Below, piece by piece: positions 29,786 to 39,192 of a stretch of DNA of 64,000 bases. The notes under the pieces are model-generated. The model was not told the origin of the DNA and searched no databases. It saw nothing but the letters and a program-made list of their open reading frames with translations. Position 1 is the first letter of the stretch, and each line of letters starts with the position of its first letter. Source of the DNA: an uncultured delta proteobacterium (lineage in GTDB: Bacteria > Myxococcota_A > Polyangia > Polyangiales > Polyangiaceae); the NCBI GenBank assembly GCA_963716725.1, contig CAVQUB010000014.1, positions 1 through 64,000 of the forward strand, written 5' to 3'. The position numbers and the translations under genes were made by a program.

Positions 29786-32700
29786 ATGGCCGAGACCCCC
29801 TTCGCCCCCGTTCCCACCGAGCTCGACTTTCCGCGCTACGAGCGGCAGATCCTCGAGTCTTTGGCGGTCTCGCCGCATCTTCGAGAAGTCCCTGGAGCTG
29901 CGGGCCGACGACGCACCGCACTTCGTCTTCTACGAGGGACCGCCGACCGCCAACGGGGTGCCGCACAACGGCCACGTGCTGACGCGCGTGATGAAGGATC
30001 TCTTCCCGCGCTACCAGTCGATGCTGGGCAAGCGAGTGCTGCGCAAGGGTGGATGGGACACGCACGGCTTGCCGGTCGAGGTCGAGGTCGAGAAAGAGCT
30101 GCGCATCCACGGCAAGGCCGCCATCGAAGCCTACGGCGTCGAGCCCTTCGTCGCCCGCTGCATCGAGAGCGTATTCCGCTACACCGCCGAGTGGGAGCGC
30201 CTGACCGAACGCATTGGCTTTTGGGTGAGCCTGCCCGACGCCTACGTGACCTTTCACAAGAGCTACGTGGAGAGCGTGTGGTGGGCGCTCTCGAACTTGT
30301 TCGACAAGGGGCTGCTCTACCAGGGCCACAAGGTCGTATGGTGGTGGGCTCAGGGCGGCACCGCCCTGTCGAGCGCGGAGGTCGGCCTCGGGTACAAGAG
30401 CGTGGACGACCCCAGCGTGTTCGTGGCGTTCCCGCTCGTCGACGAGCCGGACACCGCGCTGGTGGTCTGGACCACGACGCCCTGGACCTTGCCGTCGAAC
30501 GGCTACGCGGCGGTGCGACCTGGAGCGAGCTACGACGTGGTGCGAATCGGCGGCCCGCGGCCCCAGCAGGGCAAGGCCCCAAAAGAGCTGAAAACCGCCC
30601 AAAGCCAGCTGATCTTGGCCAGCGATTTGCGGGAGACCGTGGCCAGCAAGATCGGCCACGACCTCGAGGTCGTGAGGACCGTGCGCGGCGAGGAGCTGGT
30701 CGGCAAGCGCTACCTGCCGCCCTTCGACACCTATCATCGGGATCGCGCCGACGCGCGAGTGGCGCTCAAGGACGGCGGCGACGACGCCATGTGGTGGCGG
30801 GTCATCGCCGAAGACTTCGTGACCCTGGACACCGGCGCCGGCATCGTTCACGTCGCGCCGGCCTTCGGTGAAGACGACAACAAGGCGCACCAGAAGCAGC
30901 TCCGGCGTTACGCGAACCCGGACGAGGTGGAGCTGATCTGCGCGGTGCTTCCCGACGGCAGCTTCAAGCCCGAGGCGGGAAAATACGCCGGGCGCTGGGT
31001 CAAGGAGTGCGACAAGGAGATCCTCGCCGAGCTCGGCGAACGCCGCCTGCTGGTGCTTCGAGGAGCTGTACCGCCACGACTACCCCTTCTGCTGGCGCTC
31101 CGACGAGGATCCGCTGATCCAGATGGCGCGGCCCGCGTGGTTCATCCGCACCACGGAGCGCCTGGCCGACGCCATGGCGGACAACCAGGCGGTGAGCTGG
31201 CTGCCCGATCACATCAAAGAGGGGCGCTTCGGCGACTTCTTGCGCAACAACGTGGACTGGGCGCTGTCGCGCGAGCGCTTCTGGGGCACGCCGCTCAACG
31301 TCTGGGTGTGCCAGCGCGATCCGGAGCACAAACACGCGCCCAGCAGCGTGGCCGAGATCGAGCGCCTCGTCACCGACGGCGTTCAAGCACTTCTACGAAG
31401 CCAAGAAGCTCGATCCGACGCTGAACCCCCACCTGATCGTGCACAAACCCTGGATCGACCAGGTGGTGTTCCCGTGCCCCAGCTGCGGGAGCCCAATGCG
31501 TCGCGTGCCCGAGGTCATCGACTGCTGGTTCGACTCCGGCTGCATGCCCTTTGCGCAGTGGGGCTTCCCTCATCAAGAGGGCTCGCTCCAGAAGTTCGAC
31601 GACGCCTTCCCCGCGGACTTCATCTGCGAGGCCATCGATCAGACCCGAGGCTGGTTCTACTCGCTCTTGATGATCTCGGCCTTGGTCTTCGACTCGGCGA
31701 CCCAAGAGAAGGTCGGGCTCTCGACAGCCCCGCGCGCTTTCCTCATCCCTACAAGAGCTGCATCGTGCTCGGGCACGTCTGCGACAAAGAAGGCAAGAAG
31801 GAGAGCAAGAGCCGCGGCAACTACACGCCGCCGGAGATCATCCTGGACCGGGTGCGCATGGAGTTCGGGGTGCTCGCCGAGGCTCACGGCGCCAAGGCCG
31901 TCGAGGGCAAGGTGCTGATCGCGCGCGAGGATCTCGAGGGCATGGACCTGACGGAGGGCGCTCGAGTGGTGCTCTACCGCGCGGACGCGCCGGAGCAGAA
32001 GCGCGAGGTCGTGATCGAGGCGCAGAAGAAGCTGCCCCGGCGGGTGGCGCTGATTTCGGAGGCGGATCGCGCGGCTCTCGCGCTGGAGCCCATCGCCGCC
32101 GGCCTCGAGGCGAGGGTGGTCGAAGTGCCGCGAGCGCCGGTGGCCCAGCGGGTCACCATCGAAGACGAGAGCACGCCGGCACCGGGCGCCGACGCGTTTC
32201 GCTGGTTCTTCTACGCCGCCAGCCCTCCCTGGTCGAACACCCGTCACAGCCTGAGCAACGTGCGTCTCCTGCAGAAGGACTTCCACGTCAAGCTGCGCAA
32301 CGTCTACTCGTTCTTCACCATCTACGCGAACATCGACGGCTGGAGTCCGACCGAGCCCGAGCACGCTGGGCGTCCGGCAGCGGAGCGCTGTCTGCTCGAT
32401 CGCTGGTTGCTCTCCGAGCTCGCCATCACGGTGAGGGACGTGCGCAGCGCCCTCGACGGCTACCTGGCCTATGACGCGGCGCTCAGGCTGATCGATCTGA
32501 CCGAGGCGCTCTCGAACTGGTACGTGCGGCGCAGCCGGCCGCGCTTCTGGGCCAAGGGGCTCGAGGCAGACAAGCGGGACGCCTACGCCACGCTGTATCA
32601 GGCGCTCACGACCCTGGCCGAGCTCGCGGCGCCCTTTATTCCGTTTTTCAGCGAGGAAATTTACCAGAACCTGGTGGTGCGTGCGGGCCTGCCCGGGGCT

Positions 32701-33516
32701 CGCGAGAGCGTGCACTTCGCCGACTACCCGACAGTGGATGCGAGCGTGGTCGACGAGGGGCTCGCAGGCGAGATGGCGGCCGTGCGTCAAGTCGTGAGCC
32801 TGGGGCTGTCCGTGCGTACCGCGAATCGCCTGAAGGTGCGGCAGCCGCTCGCGCGCGCCGACGTGGTGTTCAACGACAAACAAACGCTGGAGCGTCTGGG
32901 CAGTCACCGCTCGCTGATCGCCGAAGAGCTGAACGTGCACGATGTTCAGTTCATGTTTCCCGGCCACGAAGCAGGCGCGGTGAGCTTCAAGCTCAAGCCC
33001 AACTTCCGCACTCTTGGGCCCCGGCTCGGCAAGCGCGTTCAAGAGGTCAAGCAAGCCTTGGACCGGGCGGACGGATCGACGCTGCACGCCGAGCTGTCGA
33101 AGAGCGGCAAGATCGTGCTCGATCTCGCCGGCGAGCAGCTCGAGTTTTCCAGCGACGAGGTCGAGGTGAGCGTGTCTGCTGCCCCGGGTTTTGCCGCGGA
33201 GACGGGCAAGATCGGCGTGGTCGTGCTGCACACCACGCTCACCGAGGCGCTGGTCGAAGAGGGTCTGGTCCGGGATCTGGTCAGCAAGATCCAACAGGCC
33301 CGCAAGGAGATCGGCCTCGAATTCACCGATCGAGTTCGCCTCTGGATCGGCGGCAGCGAGCGGCTGCGGCGCATCGTCGCCGAGAGCTGCGCACACTTGT
33401 CTACCGAGTGCCTCGCCGGGGAGGTCGTCGAGGGCGAGCTCGCGTCGGCGCCGGCCGGGGCGAGGGAGCACCAGATCGGTGACGAGACCGTGGCGGTCCA
33501 CCTGGAAAAGATCTGA
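29786..33516 (+). CDS. ileS: Isoleucine-tRNA ligase, type 2-like (about four frameshifts)
   Basis: [66 protein letters not shown]. Confidence 0.95.
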
Positions 33517-33558
33517 GCGAGATGGCCTCCGCTGAGGCTCTCGCGTAGCATCGGGCAG

Positions 33559-34393
33559 ATGGGCAAGCTGGCATCTCGAGTGCTCGCGTTGGCGGTCGCG
33601 TCGGGCTGCTGGTCCTGTGGATCGGACCAAGATCGCCCGAGCAACTTTCACGTTGCGAGCGGCGGCGGGTGGTGGTGGCGGCGGTGGTGGCGGCGGTGGC
33701 TTGGGCGGCGCGCCCTGCACGCCGGTTCCCGGGCAAGGCAGCACCATCGCCGGCAACCTCGTCACCTACGACGTGTACCTGGAGGACGTTCTGGCCTTCG
33801 ATGGGCAGGCGGAGCTCACCATGGCGGGCGCCACCTGCCCGTGGGTCTCGGCGAAGTACGACGCCTCGCAGCTCAACCCCGATGGCGGCCCCCCCAGCTT
33901 CGTGATCGACGGGGCCAAGGGACTGTCACCCTCGTTCGTGCACATCTACCAAGAGCCCACCAGCTCCCAGCCGGTGGTCCCGACCCTGATCGCCGTGGAC
34001 TCGAACTCGGATCAGAACATCCTCGACCGCTTTGGCTTCGTGCGCGCGCAGGGCATCGACGAAGCCTACGCGGCCACGGGCGTGGCGAAGGCTGACGACA
34101 AAGGCACGGTGCTCGTGCAAGTCGTGGAAAAGCCAGGCGTGCCCCTGGCGTCGGCGCAGGTCGACATGGGGACCAACGCCGCGCCGGCCTACCCGGGCGT
34201 CGCCGGTTGGCAGCTCGGGGGTGAGACCGACTCGAGGGGCGTCGCGCTGATGCTCAACGCCGCGGCCAAGCCCTTCCCGGGGCAATCGGCGTCCATCAAC
34301 CTGGCCATCGGGAGCACCAAAGAGTCGTTCAAATGCCCGGTCGAGGCCGGCGCCGTGACCATCTGCTGGATCCGTCCCACCACGGGGTTTTGA
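33559..34393 (+). CDS. Putative lipoprotein (frameshift in the Gly tract ~33665)
   Basis: Signal ...ASGCWSC in one frame; poly-Gly and a beta-rich domain in the next. Confidence 0.65.
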
Positions 34394-36045
34394 TGTTGCG
34401 AACCACCACCGGGCTTGGCGTCGCACTGCTGCTCTCCGCGGGCGTGGCCCGCGCAGCGGATGTGCCGGCCAGTCCCGCCGACTACGCGTCGAAGCTGGCG
34501 GGGCTGAAGCCGGGCGACACCCTGAAGCTCGCGCCGGGCGACTACAAGTCCGGCATGAACCTGTTCAACGTGCACGGAGCAGCGGGCGCGGCCATCGTGA
34601 TCGAGGGGCCCCCGAGCGGCGCGCCCGCGCGCTTCTTGGGCGTGAACGGCAAGAACACCATCGACATTCGCGACGCCAGCTTCGTCACCATCAGGAACTT
34701 GCTGCTCGACGGGCAGAACATCGACGGCGTGGACGCGATCAAGGCCGGGGGGCAGGCCTCGAACTTCGCGCACCACATCACCATCGAGGGCTGCACCATC
34801 ACGGGTCACGATGGCGGACAAACCAACCAGCAGATCGTGGGCATCAGCACCAAGATCGTGGCCTGGGACTGGGTGATCCGGAAGAACGTCTTCGACGGCG
34901 CCGGCACCGGCGCTTATCTGGGCAACTCCGACGGAACGCGGGCCTTCATTGGCGGGCTGATCGAGAACAACCTGTTCAAGAAGACGCTTGGCTACAACAT
35001 GCAGGTGAAGCACCAGCTCCACCGCCAGCAGGCCGACGTGCCCAGCGTGCCCACGGACAAACGCGTCACCATCATCAGGCACAACGTCTTCATCAAGCAG
35101 AACTTGCCGAGCCCCGACGGAGCGCGGCCCAATCTCTTGGCGGACGGCTTTCCGGCGAGCGGTCCGGGCAGCGACGATCACTACGAAATTTACGGCAACT
35201 TTTTTTTCCACAACGACGGCGATGCGCTGTTTCAGGGCAACGGCCGGATCCATTTTCACGACAACCTCCTGGTCGACTCGAAGTTCCCGGCGGTGCGCCT
35301 GGCCGCCCATCAAGGCAAGACCGTGATCGACGCGCTGGTGTACGACAACACCATCTACGACACCGCCAGCGGTATCTCGTTCGGGAGCGCGCCGAGCGGA
35401 CAGAAGCTGGTGGCCGGCAACGCCATCTTTTCACCGCAGCCGCTGTCAGGCGTCACCGGTGCGATCGACAACGTCACTGGCACCGTGGCCGACGCGCTGA
35501 GCCACGTGGTCAGCCCGAGCAAGACCCTGGGACAGATGGACTTCTTCCCGAAGCCCGGCAGCAAGCTGAAGGCCGCGGCCGTCGACCTGTCGAGCGTCAA
35601 GGCTGACGTCGACTTCGATCGCGACTTCAACGGAACGCAGCGCGACTTCACCTACCGCGGCGCCTATCAGGGTGAGGGCACCAACCCCGGGTGGAAACCC
35701 GACGCGACGCTGAAGGGCACGACGGGGAGCGGCGGGACAGGCGGCGGCGGCAGTGGGGGAGCTGGGACGGGCGGCGCAAGCGCGGGCGCCGGCGGCGCGA
35801 GCACGGGCGGCGCGAGCACGGGCGGCGCGAGCACAGGCGGCGCGAGCACGGGCGGCGCGGGCACGGGCGGCGCGAGCACGGGCGGCGCGAGCACAGGCGG
35901 CGCGAGCACGGGCGGCGCGAGCACGGGCGGCGCGGATGACGATGGCGGTTGCGGCTGCAGGACGGCGCCCGTCGGCGGGAGCCTGCCATTCACGGTCGTG
36001 CTGGGCGCGGGGCTCGCGTTGGGCGCGCGCCGGCGCAGGCGCTAG
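34393..36045 (+). CDS. Parallel beta-helix surface protein with MYXO-CTERM
   Basis: Signal peptide, LKPGDTLKLAPGDY, beta-helix repeats, DDGGCGCRTA + TM + RRRR. Confidence 0.88.
   Translation: MLRTTTGLGVALLLSAGVARAADVPASPADYASKLAGLKPGDTLKLAPGDYKSGMNLFNVHGAAGAAIVIEGPPSGAPARFLGVNGKNTIDIRDASFVTIRNLLLDGQNIDGVDAIKAGGQASNFAHHITIEGCTITGHDGGQTNQQIVGISTKIVAWDWVIRKNVFDGAGTGAYLGNSDGTRAFIGGLIENNLFKKTLGYNMQVKHQLHRQQADVPSVPTDKRVTIIRHNVFIKQNLPSPDGARPNLLADGFPASGPGSDDHYEIYGNFFFHNDGDALFQGNGRIHFHDNLLVDSKFPAVRLAAHQGKTVIDALVYDNTIYDTASGISFGSAPSGQKLVAGNAIFSPQPLSGVTGAIDNVTGTVADALSHVVSPSKTLGQMDFFPKPGSKLKAAAVDLSSVKADVDFDRDFNGTQRDFTYRGAYQGEGTNPGWKPDATLKGTTGSGGTGGGGSGGAGTGGASAGAGGASTGGASTGGASTGGASTGGAGTGGASTGGASTGGASTGGASTGGADDDGGCGCRTAPVGGSLPFTVVLGAGLALGARRRRR
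35791..35934 (+). repeat. Coding tandem repeat, 15 bp x9 (GGAST linker)
   Basis: ggcggcgcgagcacg repeated. Confidence 0.9.
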
Positions 36046-36102
36046 TACCGCGCGGCAGAAGTTTCGCTGGTTTCTTTTCCGTGTGCGTGTCGAAACCAAA
36101 CG

Positions 36103-36230
36103 CGCCAACTTCTCGCACGAGGCTCGTTCACGTCAACCGACGACCTTGCGGCGAAGATCGACGCGTACGTCGCGTGGTAGCCGCAGACCGACCCACCCTT
36201 TCGCTGGTCGTACCGCCCCAAGTCGTGGGC
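36103..36230 (+). pseudogene. IS630-family transposase C-terminal remnant
   Basis: Manual translation RQLLARGSFTSTDDLAAKIDAYVAW*PQTDPPFRWSYRPKSW matches the IS630 RGSFxS..L...I..Y...PFxWxY tail. Confidence 0.7.
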
Positions 36231-36301
36231 CGAATCCAGAATAATCCCTCACTTTCTGCGAAGAAAGCCGCAACTGTTTCGGAGTGAGGCCCGACCCCAC
36301 G

Positions 36302-36485
36302 GGGATGGCACAGGAAGGGCGAAAGCTCGGAAGATTTCATCCTGGCGGCGGACTGGGACCGGGCAGAGTGAGCACGGGATGGCACAGGAAGGGCGAAAGC
36401 TCGGAAGATTTCATCCTGGCGGCGGACTGGGACCGGGCAGAGTGAGCACGGGATGGCACAGGAAGGGCGAAAGCTCGGAAGATTT
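36302..36485 (+). repeat. 74 bp tandem repeat (36 bp unit x3, identical 38 bp linker x2)
   Basis: gggatggcacaggaagggcgaaagctcggaagattt at 36302, 36376 and 36450. Confidence 0.95.
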
Positions 36486-36948
36486 GGGGATGGGACGGAC
36501 GAGGTGATCGGTGCGCTGATCGAGGTGCATCGGCATCTCGGTCCAGGGCTGATGGAATCCGCATACGAGGCTTGTCTATCTGCCGAGCTGTCCGAACGAC
36601 GGCTCAAGTTCGAGCGGCAGCGACCGCTACCAATCCGCTGCGGGGGCGTGCACCTTGACAGCGCCTATCGCCTCGACCTGGTCGCTTCCAGATCATATCC
36701 TCCTGGAACTCAAGGCGGTCGAGCGGCTGCTCCCGATTCATGAAGCGCAGGTCATCACCTATCTGCGCCTTTCGCAGTTGCCTGTCGGCCTGCTCGTCAA
36801 CTTCAACGTGACCGCGCTCAGAAATGGCCTGCGGAGGCTCACGCCTGACCACCCCAAATCCTTCCGCTCTTCCGCCCTTCCTGTGAGAGCCCAAATGAGC
36901 GCGGGTCTCAGGGGCGAATCCACTCGAACTTCAGCCGTGCGGCGCTAG
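36453..36948 (+). pseudogene. GxxExxY protein, +1 frameshift at ~36685-36690
   Basis: GPGLMESAYEACL...YRLDLV, then DHILLELKAVE...AQVITYL...LLVNFNV in the +1 frame. Confidence 0.88.
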
Positions 36949-36951
36949 CGC

Positions 36952-37284
36952 TCAGCGCAACGTGACGGCGCGCCCAAGCTTGTCGCCGACCACTCGTTCA
37001 ATGGTCGACCAGAGCTCGTCGTCGGTCTTGTGCGCCACCCAGGCGGAGCGCTCCGGATCCCAGTCGAAGTGCCAGGCGGTGTGGTCGGCGGCCATCCAGA
37101 TTTGTCGCGCGGCGCGGTGCGAGTTCACCACGAAGCGACCACCCGCGCCGAAGTCGAGGGTCAAGATGTCGTTCGACAGCTCGGGATCGAGGCCGTCGAG
37201 GTCGAGTCGATCAAGAGCGTCGATCAGCGCGCGCAGCTCCGGGAGCGCACGCGCTTCGTACTCGGCCTCGGTGAGCGAGCTCAC
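36952..37284 (-). CDS. cyaY: Iron donor protein CyaY (frataxin)
   Basis: LTEAEYE, ILTLDF, VVNSHRAARQIWMAA, WHFDW. Confidence 0.9.
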   Translation of the reverse strand: MSSLTEAEYEARALPELRALIDALDRLDLDGLDPELSNDILTLDFGAGGRFVVNSHRAARQIWMAADHTAWHFDWDPERSAWVAHKTDDELWSTIERVVGDKLGRAVTLR

Positions 37285-37691
37285 TGGGTGGGTGCCGGCG
37301 CAGGTCCGGGAGTCGCCCCGCCCATCGCCGGAACGCAGGCCGGAGAGATGCACTGGTTGCCCGGCGCGCAGTCGTTGTTGGTCTGGCAAGGCCACGCGCA
37401 CTTGCCCGCGGCGGTGTTGCACCGGTGGGTGAGGCAGGCCGAGTCGTTCTGACAGGGGAAAGCCATGGCGCCAGGAGTACTCATCCCGGCCGCCGTGGGC
37501 TGGGGCGCCGGCTGCCCGTAGCCGGGTTGCTGCCCGTAGCCGGGTTGCTGCCCGTAGCCGGGCTGCCCGTAGCCGGGTTGCCCGTAGCCACCCTGTTGGG
37601 GCGGAGGCTCTTCGTCCTTCTTCTTGCAACCAACTATGACGAGCGCCGAAACGACGGTCGATACCACCAGACCAAGCAGGGCTTTCCGCAT
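37281..37691 (-). CDS. Small lipoprotein with QPGYG repeats and a Cys-rich domain
   Basis: RBS aggag, lipobox IVGC-KKK, (Q)QPGYG repeats, 8-Cys module. Confidence 0.85.
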   Translation of the reverse strand: MRKALLGLVVSTVVSALVIVGCKKKDEEPPPQQGGYGQPGYGQPGYGQQPGYGQQPGYGQPAPQPTAAGMSTPGAMAFPCQNDSACLTHRCNTAAGKCAWPCQTNNDCAPGNQCISPACVPAMGGATPGPAPAPTQ

Positions 37692-37828
37692 TGGGATCTC
37701 CTCGGGATTAAGTACTTGGACGACTGAGAGGGGTCAACTCATCAAAGACCCCGCAAGACTCAATAAAATCTCGGAATCGGCGGGGGACGACCCGGCGATC
37801 GGTGCTACCTTCGGGGTTCGAGCGGATG

Positions 37829-39052
37829 GGGAACAGGGGCGCGGGGGAACCGTCGACTGGGGCCGTTGTCGGGGCAGGCAACGGCGCCGAACCGCGAATT
37901 TTGGCGGATTTGCGCGCGGCAATCCGGCGCAAACCGGCCCATGAGGCGCGCCTCGCCGGGGTCCTCCGGGCGCTCTGCCCGTACTCGGCCTCGCTCCGCG
38001 ACGTCATGAGTGACGCCCTGGAAACGCTGGTGAGCCGCCGCTCTTACACCCGGCCACTGTACGCCGCGGCAGCGCGCTCCCTGGCCGCCGCAGGCGACCG
38101 CCGGGTCGGAGACCAGCTGCGGCGGGCCCTCGGCGCCGAGGACGTCGGCGGGCTGCCCACCCTGTGCGCGGCCTGCTTCAGCGCCGACCCCGCGCTCGGT
38201 GAACCCTTGTCCCGCGTCGCTACCAACCGCCATCCGCACCTCGCGCTGGCGGCGGAGGTGGCCCGCGTCGCCCGACGTGAGTCCGATGGAACTCACGTCG
38301 CGTCACTGGCGCCGAAGATCAAGGAGAGCCATCGGATCGAGCTGTGCACGGAGCTCTTCGTTCCGCTGCTCGGGCTGCGGTCGGCGCTCACGGGCGTGGG
38401 CCCCGCGCTCGCGGTGCTGCGGGACGCGGAGCGACACCTGGGTCGTTGGTTGGTGCTGGGGCAAATCGCGACCCGCGCCGGCGATCCCGGTCCGCTGCTC
38501 GAAGCGCACGAACGCGCCACCTCGGGCCCCGCCAGTGCGCGCGCGGCTTGGGCGATGGTGGCCTGGGCACTCGAAGAGGGCCGGCGCGAGCCACCAGACG
38601 TGCGTCCGAATGTCGAGCTTGTCGCGCGTCTCTCGGATCGTCCGAGCTCCGACCGCGACACCACGTTTCTGTATCGCTTGGCGGCAGCGGGCGCGCCGAG
38701 CGCACGGTCGATGCTCGAGAGCGTCGCCAAGAGCAGCGTCTTGTCGAACGACGGCGCGGTGCGCGCGGCGCTCTATCTCGCGCGCGATCACGCCCGAGAC
38801 GATCTCCGCGACGCGCTGGTGGCGGTGGCCGGCAGCGCAAAGCGAGAAGCGCTGCGCGGCCTGGCGACCGCTGCGCTCTGGGATCTCGGCGACCGAGAAC
38901 GCGCCCTGGCGCTGCTGCCGGCCCTTGGGGCGAGCCGCCAGCTCTCGACGCTGGCCTGGGGGGCGCTGCTCAGCTCGGCCCAGGCCGGCAAAATCGACGT
39001 CGTGCTCACGGAGTCGTCGTATCGTCGCGTCCAACTCGGATGGATCGACTGA
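37829..39052 (+). CDS. Hypothetical alpha-helical (HEAT-like) protein
   Basis: About 400 aa Ala/Leu-rich ORF; no catalytic motif recognised. Start uncertain. Confidence 0.7.
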   Translation, partial: GNRGAGEPSTGAVVGAGNGAEPRILADLRAAIRRKPAHEARLAGVLRALCPYSASLRDVMSDALETLVSRRSYTRPLYAAAARSLAAAGDRRVGDQLRRALGAEDVGGLPTLCAACFSADPALGEPLSRVATNRHPHLALAAEVARVARRESDGTHVASLAPKIKESHRIELCTELFVPLLGLRSALTGVGPALAVLRDAERHLGRWLVLGQIATRAGDPGPLLEAHERATSGPASARAAWAMVAWALEEGRREPPDVRPNVELVARLSDRPSSDRDTTFLYRLAAAGAPSARSMLESVAKSSVLSNDGAVRAALYLARDHARDDLRDALVAVAGSAKREALRGLATAALWDLGDRERALALLPALGASRQLSTLAWGALLSSAQAGKIDVVLTESSYRRVQLGWID

Positions 39053-39192
39053 AGGTCTGTCGAAGAATGGCGGAGCGCAAGCCGGCGGAGCCGGCCCACC
39101 CCGTCGGGTATCGCGAAGCGCGTCGCGTGGGGTGGGGCCCCAACGAATTCACTTCGGTGGGGCGGGGAGGCGCGTGCCTCCCCGATGACAAA

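Larger units (their letters stand above)
36043..36947 (+). mobile_element. Non-autonomous IS630-like element carrying a GxxExxY gene (copy 1)
   Basis: TA-bounded TIRs GTACCGCGCGGCAGAAGTT (36045-36063) and 36927-36945 (15/19 match); transposase C-terminal remnant; 36222-36906 duplicated at 56549-57086. Confidence 0.75.

Noticed and set aside
31846..32185. Intein in ileS
   Set aside because: No C/S start with an HN-C/S/T end and no homing-endonuclease motif; treated as an inserted domain.
36302..36485. CRISPR array (36 bp repeats, 38 bp spacers)
   Set aside because: Both spacers are identical, the repeat contains the GxxExxY start and IR, and there are no cas genes in the window.
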